NCBI GenBank assembly: GCA_028023455.1
Contig: JAQFVV010000007.1
Span: 9,920,001-9,984,000 of the forward strand
DNA length: 64,000 nt
Direction: 5' to 3'
Origin: Epiperipatus broadwayi
Lineage: Eukaryota; Animalia; Onychophora
Below are positions 13,126-24,574 of this stretch, piece by piece. Positions within the stretch are counted from its first letter, which is position 1; every line of letters begins with the position of its first letter. The position numbers and the translations under genes were made by a program. The notes beneath the pieces are model-generated. The model ran no database searches and was not told where the DNA came from. It saw nothing but the letters and a program-made list of their open reading frames with translations.

Positions 13126-13658
13126 TGTCATATCTGACCCTGCCTTCAGATGTAGACTATTCCAGATTTCTTACCTGATTGGCTAGCACTCAGTTGCTAT
13201 CTAATGGGATTAAAACCTTCACTGGGGTTAGCGCACTGAATCCACATGTTTCCAGTAAGATAGGGGATCTGCTTTTAAATAGTTAGCCTTTTGGATGCAA
13301 GGCAGAGAGCAATTACTTCTGTTAACCTGAACGACAGAACGTGTTCTCCATTAAACCTTCTGCCATCAACAAAGATATTTACCTAGTCATTATTGAGAGC
13401 TGACTCGAGGCAAGCTAACTACATAGCTGGAAGAGTCTTACCAGAACTCACAACGCAGGCTAATCATTAGCTGGAGGCGAGTTCTATACTCTGCACGACT
13501 ATCTCAGCATTGACGTCTATCAACTGTATTTGTTCATTTGTTAACTAACGTGTGTATATATTTTGTACTAATAAATTATACATATTAATTGCTGAATAGT
13601 TGTTCTTTTTGTATCTGTTGGTTTGGAAACGAACCTGCAAGCTTAACCAAACACAACA
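13126..13658 (+). repeat. 3' LTR (533 bp, ~56 bp internal deletion relative to 5' LTR)
   Basis: Collinear with the 5' LTR but lacks the acatccacgcagtgagg...ctgaact block. Confidence 0.93.
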
Positions 13659-13669
13659 GTTGAAATATT

Positions 13670-14090
13670 TTTTATTTAAATATGAGGAATACTTTTTTAC
13701 TTAAACTTATTTGTGACAATTACCCAAACCTTGAATTTCTAGGCACGAGCTTAAAATATATTAACTCTTACGATTAAGCTAAACCGAATAGGCTGACTCC
13801 ATTTTGTCATGATAATAAACTTATATGTAAATGTTTAGATTTCCGAATCACTTTATTCTTAGAAACACATTCTCATTGTAAAAATGTATTATTTAAATAT
13901 AAAAGGAATATTTCTTTATTTAAACTTATTGTGGAAATTGCTCACTTCAAAATATATTTAATCTATGCTCTCCCATTGCACAAAATAGCACAGACCGATG
14001 CCCTTTCATCACAATAATTAATAAAATTTATATGTAAATGAAAATGTTTAGATTTCCCAATCATTTTTATTAAATATTCTAATTTATATA
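13670..14090. repeat. Old tandem duplication, ~215 bp unit, 2 copies
   Basis: tatttaaatat..ggaata..taaacttatt and ttatatgtaaatg..tttagatttcc.aatca each occur twice. Confidence 0.55.
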
Positions 14091-15126
14091 AAAAGTAACA
14101 ATAATATATTTAAAAATAAAACTTACATTAAAAATATTATCTCATAATTTCAGTAATTCTGTATATGATCAAATTCTATTTATAAATAATATTTTGTGGA
14201 GTTTAATGGAATACTGGTAGAGTGACTGCCTCTGAAATATGATATCTACGATCAGTGCTGTGTTATGCCAAATTTTTTTTACTAATGTTATCTTTCTCTC
14301 TTTTTTTTTATTATACCATTTATTAAGAAATGTTTGACAATCAATAGATTAGTTTTGAGAAATCTATCTGGAAAAAATCCAAAGTTTCTTCAGAAAACCG
14401 TTATTTATCCCAATATATATAAATCTTTTAGTTCTACATTGATTTGAATCTCAGAGCATGTATATAATCAAAACATTAGAATATCCACTAATGGTCATAT
14501 GCTAATAATCATTAGTAGAGATGATAATATTCTAATAGGAAAGTGATATCAAATCATAGATCTATTCTGTATCTTTACTACATAACCAGTAACAAAATTT
14601 ACCCACATATTTGTTTATGATTTTGGAAATAATATGTCTGAATTTCTAACTTTATTTTGACTCAAGATAAGTTTATCTTAATAAATGAATACAATTAAGA
14701 TGAATTATATAACAATGGGACCTGTAGATCACATTATCAACAATGGCATGCTGGCAATGATGAGTATAGCATAGAAAGAAAAATTTAATAAACCAAAAAA
14801 AAATGCTTTAATATAAGATATGCTTGCTTATGTTTACTTACATTGAAACTAAAATTTACTTCCACACCGATATGATCAATGTAATAGAAAGGCTTTTTTG
14901 CTAGGGAGTTTGTAAGAAATTTGTGTTCCAGAACTGAATTGATTCAAGGGTTTTGTGCTTCAGAGCCTAAAACCTGCCACTGAACCAAATTACACAGAAC
15001 ATTCTGGTCAATTAAATAAGATAACAATCAAGATTAGATATAGTTTTCTATTTAATACAGTCTTTTATGTCTTAGTTCTATATTTTTTTCTATTTGTTTT
15101 ATTTTACTTAGTGGTAGGTTATAATA

Positions 15127-15417
15127 TTAATATCTATGTTATTTACTATTTTTTGCAATGCTTTTTATAACCCACTATTGGTGGTTTTGATTGCCCCAGC
15201 AATCTTCTTCAGAATTTCTACTTGTATTTCCTAATCTGATTTGGAAATATAAGTAGAAGTTCTGAAGAAGATTGCTGGGATAGTCGAAACTGTCAATAGT
15301 GGGTTGTAAAAAAGCATTGTAAAAATAAAGAACATAGATAATATTAATATTATATGGATTTGGTACTGCAATAATAAAGATAAGGTTATAATATTTCATA
15401 AAGAAGATAAAGAGTGC
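15127..15417. mobile_element. Fold-back insertion, family D (hammerhead-bearing, Penelope pLTR-like)
   Basis: Inverted arms centred at ~15237, with a 15 bp TSD tggtaggttataata (15112-15126, 15418-15432). Confidence 0.8.
15257..15298 (+). ncRNA. Minimal type I hammerhead ribozyme motif (family D)
   Basis: CTGAAGA-A-GATTG(ctggga)TAGTC-GAAA-CTGTC. The copy at 48987-49019 has a perfect GATTG/CAATC stem II. Stem I is weak. Confidence 0.65.
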
Positions 15418-15569
15418 TGGTAGGTTATAATAAGGATATCAACATTCGCCTGTTATACCATTGACCATCTGTCTGTGCTAACTGCAATCACAGTACTGCA
15501 TGTTGTAGAGTAAATTTTTATTATTTAATTATATGTAGGCAAAGTACTCAAACCTTCACTTCAGTGAGT

Positions 15570-15830
15570 CTGCATGAGCTAATGTAGTTATAAAGCTAAA
15601 CTTTCTGGAGCTCAAAATTCATGGATTGCAACTCATTCTTTATTACTTCCAGGGTTCAAACTTATTATGCTTCCAAACAATAAAGTATTAGGTTAGTTTA
15701 GCCATGCACGGTTTAATGCTAAAATAGATTTTCAGACTCTAGAATTCAAGGTCAATGGGTTATGATTACAGCTCTGATATTTCTAGTACTCAAATATCTT
15801 CTGAACTCCTGAGCAATAAACTATACAATT
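15570..15830 (+). mobile_element. Two adjacent copies of the tRNA-derived SINE
   Basis: ctggagctcaaaattcatggattgcaactc...caaactt..atg..tcc and gactctagaattcaaggtcaatggg...ctgaactcctgagcaataaac. Confidence 0.65.
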
Positions 15831-16184
15831 ATGTAGTGATAAACACAGATTTATTAGACTAGATATTCTTTGATGCAAAGTATTGCATTCAATAATAATT
15901 TGCTCTGAAACTAAATTTGGGGCAGAACTTTTTTTATTTGGCAATGATTGTATGTTTCAACAGTCCTATTGATGTATCCCACCCATTTCTCACAAATTTG
16001 AAAATAACTAGAAAAACTGACTTTAAAATAATCCACTTAACAAATCTGGTGATGCTGCTGTGTTGGCAGTTTTATTGATTTTAATAGTAGAAACAGTGAT
16101 GGTTATAAAAATAATTATTTCAGTTTTTTTCTCATTGATAAGGACATGGAATGTGTGAACTTTGCTCACTGTTGAATAGTTTAG

Positions 16185-16290
16185 AGTAGTGGTAGATCGA
16201 AAGATAGTAGAGCTTAAAGTCCGTGGATCACAGGTCAGTTGGATCACTTTTAATTCTCAAACATCATGTGAATTTTCAAATCAATTCCAT
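16185..16290 (+). mobile_element. tRNA-derived SINE copy
   Basis: gtagtggtagatcgaaagatagtagagcttaaagtccgtggatcacag. Confidence 0.55.
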
Positions 16291-16889
16291 AGCAATAAAC
16301 TATTTAATTAGTTTTTACTCATCTTTTCAAGATCTGATAGCAAAATAATGTTTACAATTAAGAAATCTTCAAGATTTGAAATTGATAAAACTGTTTAGTG
16401 GAATTCACCTTGTAGTGGAAATTGACCTGAACAAGTAAATGGTTTTGTGTAAGGATATATCCAACAATAAAAAAAGATTGTATGAATTGAAATTCACTGT
16501 AAAGATAATTTAACATCAAGTGTTCATGTTGTTTTGCACCATAGTAACTATGTCCATATTACAAATGCTATGCTTAAACATTAGATTTGGAACATTGAGA
16601 GCAAGCTATTACTTCTTGATTGTTTCACTATCAATGACAGACAATTTTTATTCTTAGAAACTTTAACACATTATGGTAAAAAGAATAGATAATTATCCAA
16701 AACTATTAGAGAGTCTAATATTGGTTGTGTGAAATCAATTGGTCCATTATAAATGCATAATCATACAATGCATAACTTCTCAAACACTTTGTTTGCAACA
16801 AGGTATCCATATTCAAACAATGGCATATATTAAAATATTTTACAGTTAGAATGCATAATATAAAAGAAATTAATTTTATATGAGTACTA

Positions 16890-17005
16890 ACAAGAAAAGG
16901 TCAAGTGGTTTATTGCTTGGGAGTTCATAAGAACTTTGAGCACTGATTGAATAGAACTAGAGTTATGATGCATGAACCTTACACTCTAGACCATGCAACA
17001 TGATT
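16890..17005 (-). mobile_element. tRNA-derived SINE copy
   Basis: tggtttattgcttgggagttcataagaactttgagcac...gcatgaaccttacactctagac. Confidence 0.65.
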
Positions 17006-17335
17006 TGCACTATCTTATAGGCACAAATTGCTCTTCTGATCATAGATTAGTATACACTTAATTTGGAAAATGTACTGACAGAAAATTCAAGATTTTTAAA
17101 AGCACAAGCATGTTAAATTTTAACAACTGTTGAACAATAAATAAGTCAATTCAGAATTTCCAAAATTGTCATGCTAATGAAACACTGAACTTATTTCCTA
17201 GTTGCAATGGGAAATAAATCATTTCTTGGGTTCACTAAAAATAAGACTCTTTGATGATGATTATATTATTAGTGAGCAGATTAAGAGAAAATACAGTATT
17301 CTCTGCTTGACATTTCCTAAAGAATATAGAGATTT

Positions 17336-17549
17336 TAAGCCAATAAACATTACACGATCACCATTTTTTATGCTTGCTCTTAACTGTTACTAAAACATGA
17401 AAAACTTTCTATACATATTGCCACTCAGTGTATGCCAGAGTAATCAATGGATGCTAGAAGGCTTGTGCATATGCACAAGCCTTCTGGCATCCATTGATTA
17501 CTCTGGCTTGCACTGAGTGGCAATACATATAGAGAGTTTTGCCTGTTTT
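17336..17549. mobile_element. Fold-back insertion, family A
   Basis: Near-perfect palindrome centred on gtgcat/atgcac (~17470), with a 13 bp TSD aatatagagattt (17323-17335, 17550-17562). Confidence 0.85.
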
Positions 17550-17819
17550 AATATAGAGATTTCAAAGCAAAAGTTCAATGACTGGCATAAAAAATAAAAA
17601 TGGTTGGTTGAATAAAATTATTGAAGATGATCGTATTCACCCATCAACTTTTTTTGACACATCAAAATTACTATGCAAAGATGAAAAAGTATCATAATAA
17701 AATCCATTAATGACAGTGTTTTATAAGATAATGATTTAATGAGATGGAGAAGTAATTTTTGATATACTGAAAATAATGGGGATCTTGGAAAATGACATAT
17801 AAAGTATGAGCTATCTCCA

Positions 17820-18716
17820 AGTCAAATATCTGTAGTAACATAGTTTAGCTATTCATCACAAAAATGTTAAAGTGTGAGTATGTCTAGTTTGTGAGTTACA
17901 ACATGAAGTATGCCAGCTTGTTTCATATCTTAATTTAAAATAGAACAGCACACTGATATTAAATTTGGTGTTAAATTGGACTATTAAAACCTTTGAAATG
18001 ATTTAAACTGTATATGATAGTGAATCCATGAGTCATATGAATGTTTTCAAGTGTTCTAGATTTTATAATGGCAGGCAGAGCATCAATGATGATTTATGAA
18101 GTTACAAAACACACTGTCATATTTCATGTTATAATTTATGCCCAAACATAGTACAGGGATTTCCAACCTTTTTGGTCCATGTACCCCTTGGATTTGAGTA
18201 AATTATCTGGTACCCATATCCATTATAATAAGAAAGAAGCAATTGGAGAGTATATCATCCAGCACATCATGTACATGTAGGAGGTGTATATGCCATTGAT
18301 ATGAGCCTCAAGGGGACATCTGTCAATTTTACTAGCTTTATGAATCTTAACTGGGAATACAGTAAATATAAGTCTATGCAGCATCACTGTTTTGGTATCC
18401 AAAAAAGAGATGTGAAATGTTGCTAGTGTGGCTGACAAACAGTACCAACCTCAGAAATATTGATAACTATTTTTGGAATATATTAACATCATGACATGAT
18501 TATTTACCTGATATTCATAGTATCCCCTGGACAAGTTTCACATATCCCCTGATGATGCACGCATTCAGGTTGGGAATCCCTATGCTACTACTTGAAATAT
18601 TTGTGATGAATAACTAAACTATGTCACTATGTAACACATGCATTGGTTCAGAAATGATATTGCAGGCAGTTTGGAGAGAGGAACAGTCATCTTTTCATTA
18701 GGATACACTGTTATGT
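17820..18716 (+). mobile_element. Decayed mariner element with transposase N-terminal (HTH) fragment at ~17941-18095
   Basis: EQHTDIKFGVKL / EMI*TVYDSESMSHMNVFKCSRFYNGRQSINDD resembles the mariner EQR..IKFCVKL..EM....YG...MS...VF.W..RF..GR.S..DD. Inverted arms at 17820-17870 and 18600-18640; the element ends cactgtta. Confidence 0.7.
18154..18582. mobile_element. hAT-like MITE nested in the mariner relic
   Basis: TIRs cagggatttccaacct / aggttgggaatcccta. No TSD is recognisable. Confidence 0.55.
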
Positions 18717-18999
18717 ATAATCCTGTTAATAGTTAAAGACATTCTTTTAAGTAATAATGATAGTATTGAATAATGGAGATGGAGAAATTATTTTGATCTT
18801 TTAAAATTTGGGTGTTCAAAACTTTTTGCATTCTTACTACATTACTTCTGTTAAATTGTTTACAAAAAAAACAAAAAAAACATATGCATACATTTTTCAT
18901 ATTGCACTACAAAGCTTCATTTAACTTATGAAGGTTTCAACTAAATAGCAATTTTCTTCAGATCTCTTTCAAATACAACTGAAACACTTCCAATAAAGG

Positions 19000-19420
19000 A
19001 TCCAATCTATTGACTCACTTATATTTGAATAGAAATATCCCACTTAGTGAAATTAAAACCAGATTTGTAAATGACAGAAAGCCTTCAAATGCTACTGGTA
19101 TACCTGGAAAGATTTTGAAGTATTAGCTTCATAACTATTGGACTTTTTTGAAAAAAATGTGGACCCACAAAATTTTACCACCTATTGTGCTTCTATTGTT
19201 TAATTTATTAAAAATACAGGAGATGGACAAAACTACTGTAATTATAATGTAATGTCAATCTTATCAACTGCAAGAAAACTGCTTTCAGGAATTTTATTGT
19301 ATAGAATGCCCCAGTTGAGATGAATGGTCACCAAAAGATTTTTGTGGTTTTATAAAATCAAGAAGTAGTATACTATGCTTTTTGTTGTTAGGTAAATGTA
19401 ATAAAAGAGTCCTAAGTAAA
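19000..19420 (+). mobile_element. RTE (BovB-like) LINE RT fragment, highly decayed
   Basis: TGDGQNYCNYNVMSILSTARKLLSGILLYRM resembles KGDR..C.NYRGISLLS.AGK.LA.ILL.RL, followed by a CGF...RS...M.F..RQ-like segment. Confidence 0.6.
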
Positions 19421-20389
19421 GCTATATATATTTGAATATTGTTTTTGATGAATTTTTTCAAATCATAAAAGGATTGTAGTAACAGTTAGAAATAACTATT
19501 TCCTTACAAAAAAATATTATTGTACAGTTTCTACATAGTGGTTATGAGAGGTGTTAATTCTGATAGTAGAAAATTTATAACTATTTAAAAAGAAGGGTTA
19601 ATAAAAAAACTTTATCTTCTTTCATACTTTTAAGATAGTAATTTTTGGAAAATTTATAATTAGCTTTATGAAATAAAAACTATGATGTTATAAGTAGACA
19701 ATCGAACAAAACTCAATTTCCATTTAAACATCATCATTAAATTTTAAATAATAGTGATCATGATTAAACTGAGATTAAGTTTCTTTGCTTGACATGATGT
19801 CATATAGTTTGTAGGCTGCTGATGATATCATTTATGAAAGAAATATGGGTCCCTCAGAGGTTAGTCAATCTTTTCATTACATAATCACTTAAATGATCAT
19901 TAAATTTCTAAAAATAATGCAAAATAAATTAATATTATTCTTTATATATATAATATTATAATGTTTTCATGGCTGTAGGATATAGATAAATTATTATTTT
20001 TGGGACTAAACCGTATGTTATCTTGCATTACAAACCAATATTTCAGTGAACTAGCATCCGCCATTGTCAAGGTTGACTTTTGAAAGAAAAATCGTTAGAT
20101 CTCAAACAGTAACATGATCGAGTGTGAGATGAGAAATGAGATTCAACTTGAAGTAGTTCAGCATTTACAATATGAGGCTTATCAAAATGTTTATTTTCTT
20201 CAGTTTTTTCACCTATCAATTTTAAGTTAATATTAGAAGGCAGAGATAAAATGAGAGGTTTCCACATAGCTGGAATACGTTGTGCTTTGTCAGCCCTATT
20301 TAAACCAGTAGGTCTCTTTAATATTTCAATTGACTCTCTCATGGTTCTTAAATCATACCTTTCCAAATTAGCAAGTATTTCTGCATTGT

Positions 20390-20716
20390 TTGCAGCACTC
20401 AAGAAGCTATGTAGGCCAGTCTAATAGACAAATAAATGTCAGAATTAAGAAACATTTAAATACTTTTAATCAGAAATTTAAGACATCTGTTTTTACTTCC
20501 CATTTTTTAGAAATTGGTCACAAACCTGATTTTGATAATGCAAAAATACTTGCTATTTTGGAAAGGTATGATTTAAGAACCATGAGAGAGTCAATTGAAA
20601 TATTAAAGAGACCTATTGGTTTAAATAGGGCTGATGAAGCACAATGTATTCTAACTATGTGGAAACCTCTCATTTTATCTCTGTCTTCCAATATTAACTT
20701 AAAATTAATAGGTTAA
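20390..20716 (+). pseudogene. Penelope-type GIY-YIG endonuclease C-terminal fragment
   Basis: YVGQSNRQINVRIKKH...HFLEIGHKPDFDNAKIL...RESIEI...GLNRADE...WKPLI, the standard PLE endonuclease tail. Confidence 0.88.
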
Positions 20717-20845
20717 AAAACTGAGGGAAATAAACATTTTGATAAACCTCATATTGTGAATGCTGAACTACTTCAAGTTGAATCTCATTTCTCATCTCGC
20801 ACTCAGTCACGTTACTGTTTGAGATCTAATGATTTTTTTTTCAAA

Positions 20846-20892
20846 AGTCAACTTGACAATGGTGAATGCTAGTTTGTCAAAATATCAGCTTG
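20846..20892 (+). ncRNA. Degenerate hammerhead motif in pLTR (second copy at ~20034-20078, minus strand)
   Basis: The two copies give the consensus caacc-TGAC(G>A)A-t-GGTGGA(tgctag)TCCACC-GAAA-TATC. Several of the differences are CpG-type transitions. Confidence 0.5.
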
Positions 20893-21348
20893 TAATGCAA
20901 AATAACATGCAGTTTAATCCCAAAAATAATAATTTATATATATATATTAGTTATATATTTTCACAAATTATTGCAATGTAAATAATAAAAATATTTAGGT
21001 GAATCCATATACTAATTAGAGAAAAGTATTCAGACATGATGTCACTGGGCACTCATCAATTAAAATTGCTAGATCCAAGATGTTTCCTGTGCTAATAGCT
21101 TTATCTAAATATTTACTAGGGGATAAAAAGATGAATTCATTTTTTTTTACTACATAAGGTCTTTTATGTAGTATATGAAAACAACTATTTTTCTAAATTT
21201 GCGTCTTTGAAGCCCTTACATCTTCTTTAAAATCCAGTAGTAACCAACTATCTCCAAATGAGAATATTCATATATTAAATTAAATATTCACATATATAAT
21301 TAATATGTAAACAATGTGAATAATTGATTGAAATCATAACTATTACAC

Positions 21349-21442
21349 AGCCACCAATTAAATTTTCTAGTTCCAAGGTAGACTTTCAGACAAAACTGTT
21401 AATACTAATATATCTTGAAGTTAACAAATTTAATTGGTGGTT
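21349..21442. repeat. Small element with ~16 bp inverted ends (possible MITE)
   Basis: agccaccaattaaatt ... aaatttaattggtggtt. Confidence 0.35.
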
Positions 21443-22539
21443 ACCTAGCAACACTATTACTGGACACTTTTTTAAAATTATTGCATGAGTTGACCCAATT
21501 ATTTGTATTACTTATATATATATATAGTAAATAATATATAACACATGCTGCTTAGGTTCAGATTTAAGTCAATGCCTAGAAAGCTATTGCTTATATTAAA
21601 AATGTGACAACTATGAATATTTACAAAATAAAGCCATGAAGAGGAAGGCTTTGAGAAGAAGTTTTAATTTGGTGTGTGAGATTTACTATTTGGTAGTTAA
21701 GAAAGATGTTGAAATGTAAGAAGCAAAATAAGTTTGAGGATGCAAAAATGTTCTCAAAGTAGGCTTTAAAATATGACAACTCAAATATTTCATTGGCAGT
21801 AGGAACATTTTGTTAGGTGCTGTTTGATGATAATCTAGTTTGTTTGTTTTTTCAGCAATTAACATTAATGTCTGGAAACTAAACATATTTAAATAGTGGT
21901 AATGTTACTCGTGGCTTATGGTAGAAGAATTTAGTTTCTTGCTGTGTATGAAAACTAAAATATTTAATTATGACTGTTTTAAACAAATAAGTTTAGATAT
22001 TCATAAGACAAAAAAGAAGAAGAAATGATTATAAAAATAAACTCTTATTAATTTATGTAATTAGAAAAACAGCTGTCTAAAATGTTTAAAAAATTACCAG
22101 CAGTATATAAATTATATGAAAGAATCATTTTAAGTTTCATCCCAGTTTAATATTTGTATTCTAACTAGAGTAAAAATAAATGACAAAACTGGGTAATTTT
22201 CATTAATTAAAAATAAAAAAATGAGATGCTGATCCCAGAAGGTGTCCTCTTTTTCCAGGTGTCATTGTTCACAGCTTTGAAAAAAATTACAAATCATTTT
22301 AATCAAAGTAAATTCTAAATTAATTTCATTCATTCTTTTTTCTTGTCATCTAATCATCTTCAGATTAAAAGACATATTGATGCTTTTTATGAAGTCCTAA
22401 AAAAATTATATATTATATAATATACAGAATAAATAATACATTATACAACTTTATATATACTATTTTATATAATTTTCTATTTAGTTTTAATTGATCAGTT
22501 GTTAACTAAACAGCTGTACATCTTTATTTAAACTATAAA

Positions 22540-22790
22540 AAAAAACATATTTCTTATTCTAACACCTTTTCCACAATGCTTTATTTAATTTCTTATGACA
22601 GTTTCGACTACTTAACAACTTTTTTCAGATCCCACAACAAACTTTATTTCAAATTTTCAACTAACAATTTTTTAAAAAATAATAATAATTCTAATAATTA
22701 GTTTTTAATTTGAAAGGAAGATTGTTGTTAAGATCTGAAAAAGATTTCTAGACAATTCAAACTTGCACAAGAAATTAAATAATAGTGCAG
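22540..22790. mobile_element. Old fold-back, family D-related, with decayed hammerhead motifs
   Basis: The minus arm reads gatCTGAAAAaagttgttaagtagtcGAAActgtcataagaaattaaataa; the plus arm reads gatCTGAAAAagatttctagacaattcaaacttgcacaagaaattaaataa. Confidence 0.55.
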
Positions 22791-23520
22791 AAAGTGCATC
22801 AGAATGAATGCAGTCTTTAAAAGATTTAATATGAGCAGTGAAATAAGAATGGAAGATTTTCAAATTTATTGGAATAATTATAACTTTGTAGCCACTACTA
22901 CTCAAAAAGCAATTGTGTTTACTGTAATTTTAATTATTATCATAATTCTCTAACATTAATAACATGTTTTGAGCTTTTACTACAGCTATTATTATCATTA
23001 TATGTAGCCATTAAAAATGATGTATTCAACTACGATTTCTTTACTGCATTAAAGCAGAAGTCTGATTCTAAAATCACTATCATTCACAGTTTTATTTGAC
23101 CATTATCACAGGTGATTAATATCATAATTTAAATTGCCTATTAAACTCCACTTTTTTTAACCAAAGACCATAAATTATTGTTCTAGCTCTGTTATTTGTG
23201 GTATATGAACTTCCTACAAACTTCTAAGTAGTAAATCATTCCATCATTTATTTATTATTTACAAAGTTAAATCAAATATACTAACTCCTTATGTACATTA
23301 AAAATATTATCTAATTATCCTAAAAGCTTATTGAAAAAAATAAATCAAGATGATCTATAACACCTTGTTAGATGGTGGTCTCTCTTCTCTATGATCAATT
23401 TCTGCTAGCTCTTTTTTATATAGTGGTTCCCATTGTATTGGTCATGGCAAAGTTAAAGATAGTTTTTACAATTCAAGTATCAATCTGAATATTATTTTGA
23501 AAATAATATGAATTTAAGAA

Positions 23521-23824
23521 ATATTATCAAATTCACCACTTTCCTTATTTTGCTGTAATATCTTGTATAAATGCAATTTATTCACTATACTTTTTGTTGT
23601 ACATACATGCATATGCAAACTTATGTTTCAATTGTCCTGCAGTCTTCTTCAGAGTCACATTTACTTTAAATTTTTTAAAAGTAAAAATTTAAAATTTAAA
23701 GTAAATGTGGCTCTGGAGAAGATTTCAAGACAGTTGAAATATATGATTATATACACATATATGTATAATAAAAGGTTTTTGCTAAAAAGTGTTCAAAGTA
23801 GAGTGAATAAATTGCATTTGTATA
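23521..23824. mobile_element. Fold-back insertion, family F (hammerhead-bearing)
   Basis: Palindrome centred at ~23680. The minus arm reads actCTGAAGAagactgcaggacaattGAAAcataag. Possible 10 bp TSD aatttaagaa (23511-23520, 23825-23834). Confidence 0.7.
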
Positions 23825-24574
23825 AATTTAAGAACTTATTATTTAATAAAAACTATTGTTAATTTAAAGCACTCATATGTTTGTGTTACTTTATCAATGT
23901 TATTGTTCCTATATTTGGGTTACTTTGTCAATTTTATTGTTCCAATAAATGCTTAAGTTTTAATCATAAAAATAGATATCTTGTTTATATATATTTGTCA
24001 ACTCATTAGAACTTATCATATAATCATGTAATGAACAGATGTAGAAGCATGGAAATTGGAAATGTATTCACATCACTAAGAAATTTTTAGTTGAACTTAG
24101 GATTTTATTTTCAACATGCATCTACCATGTAGTTATTTTTATTCAGAAGGCAAAATGGGGGGAGGGGATCTTCTAAAATCTTTATTTTTTGATAATTATT
24201 AACTCTAGTGAGTAATGTTTCAGTTTTTCTATGCTTCAGAAAAAATGTTAAAGAGGTCTTGTTCTTTATGCTAAATGTTAAAGAGATATTCATTACTATG
24301 AACTTATAAATAAATATAAGAGAAGTAAAACACTTTCTAATAAAATATTTTTAAGCTTTATTTTGCTAATAAGAATAATCAAAATTGTTAGTGGCTTGAA
24401 ATGTCATGTGATAAATATTCAAGTGCTCAAATTGATAGGATGAACATTGTTCCAGTAACATTTGATTATTCATCCTTGGTCAAGCCAATTTTGACTCTAG
24501 TTTTGAATTTTTTTTAGTATCCAGTAGTTTTTTTGCAAAATGAAGTCTGGTTTCTGAATGGAGGTATTCATTTT

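Larger units (their letters stand above)
10572..13658 (+). mobile_element. Ty3/Gypsy (Mag-like) LTR retrotransposon, internally deleted (no RT/RNaseH/integrase core), non-autonomous
   Basis: TG...CA LTRs at 10572-11160 and 13126-13658, 5 bp TSD gtgga/gttga (1 mismatch), PBS, PPT, gag with two CCHC knuckles, protease LDTGS and the integrase C-terminal tail. Confidence 0.93.
19953..20932. mobile_element. 5'-truncated Penelope-like element with inverted pseudo-LTR
   Basis: 19981-20390 is the reverse complement of ~20533-20945, and the inverted arm carries a ~30-35 bp extension. Possible low-complexity TSD tttatatatata (19941-19952, 20933-20944). Confidence 0.85.

Noticed and set aside
16345-16830. 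Decayed long ORF
   Set aside because: About eight stops in one frame and no recognisable similarity, compatible with chance.
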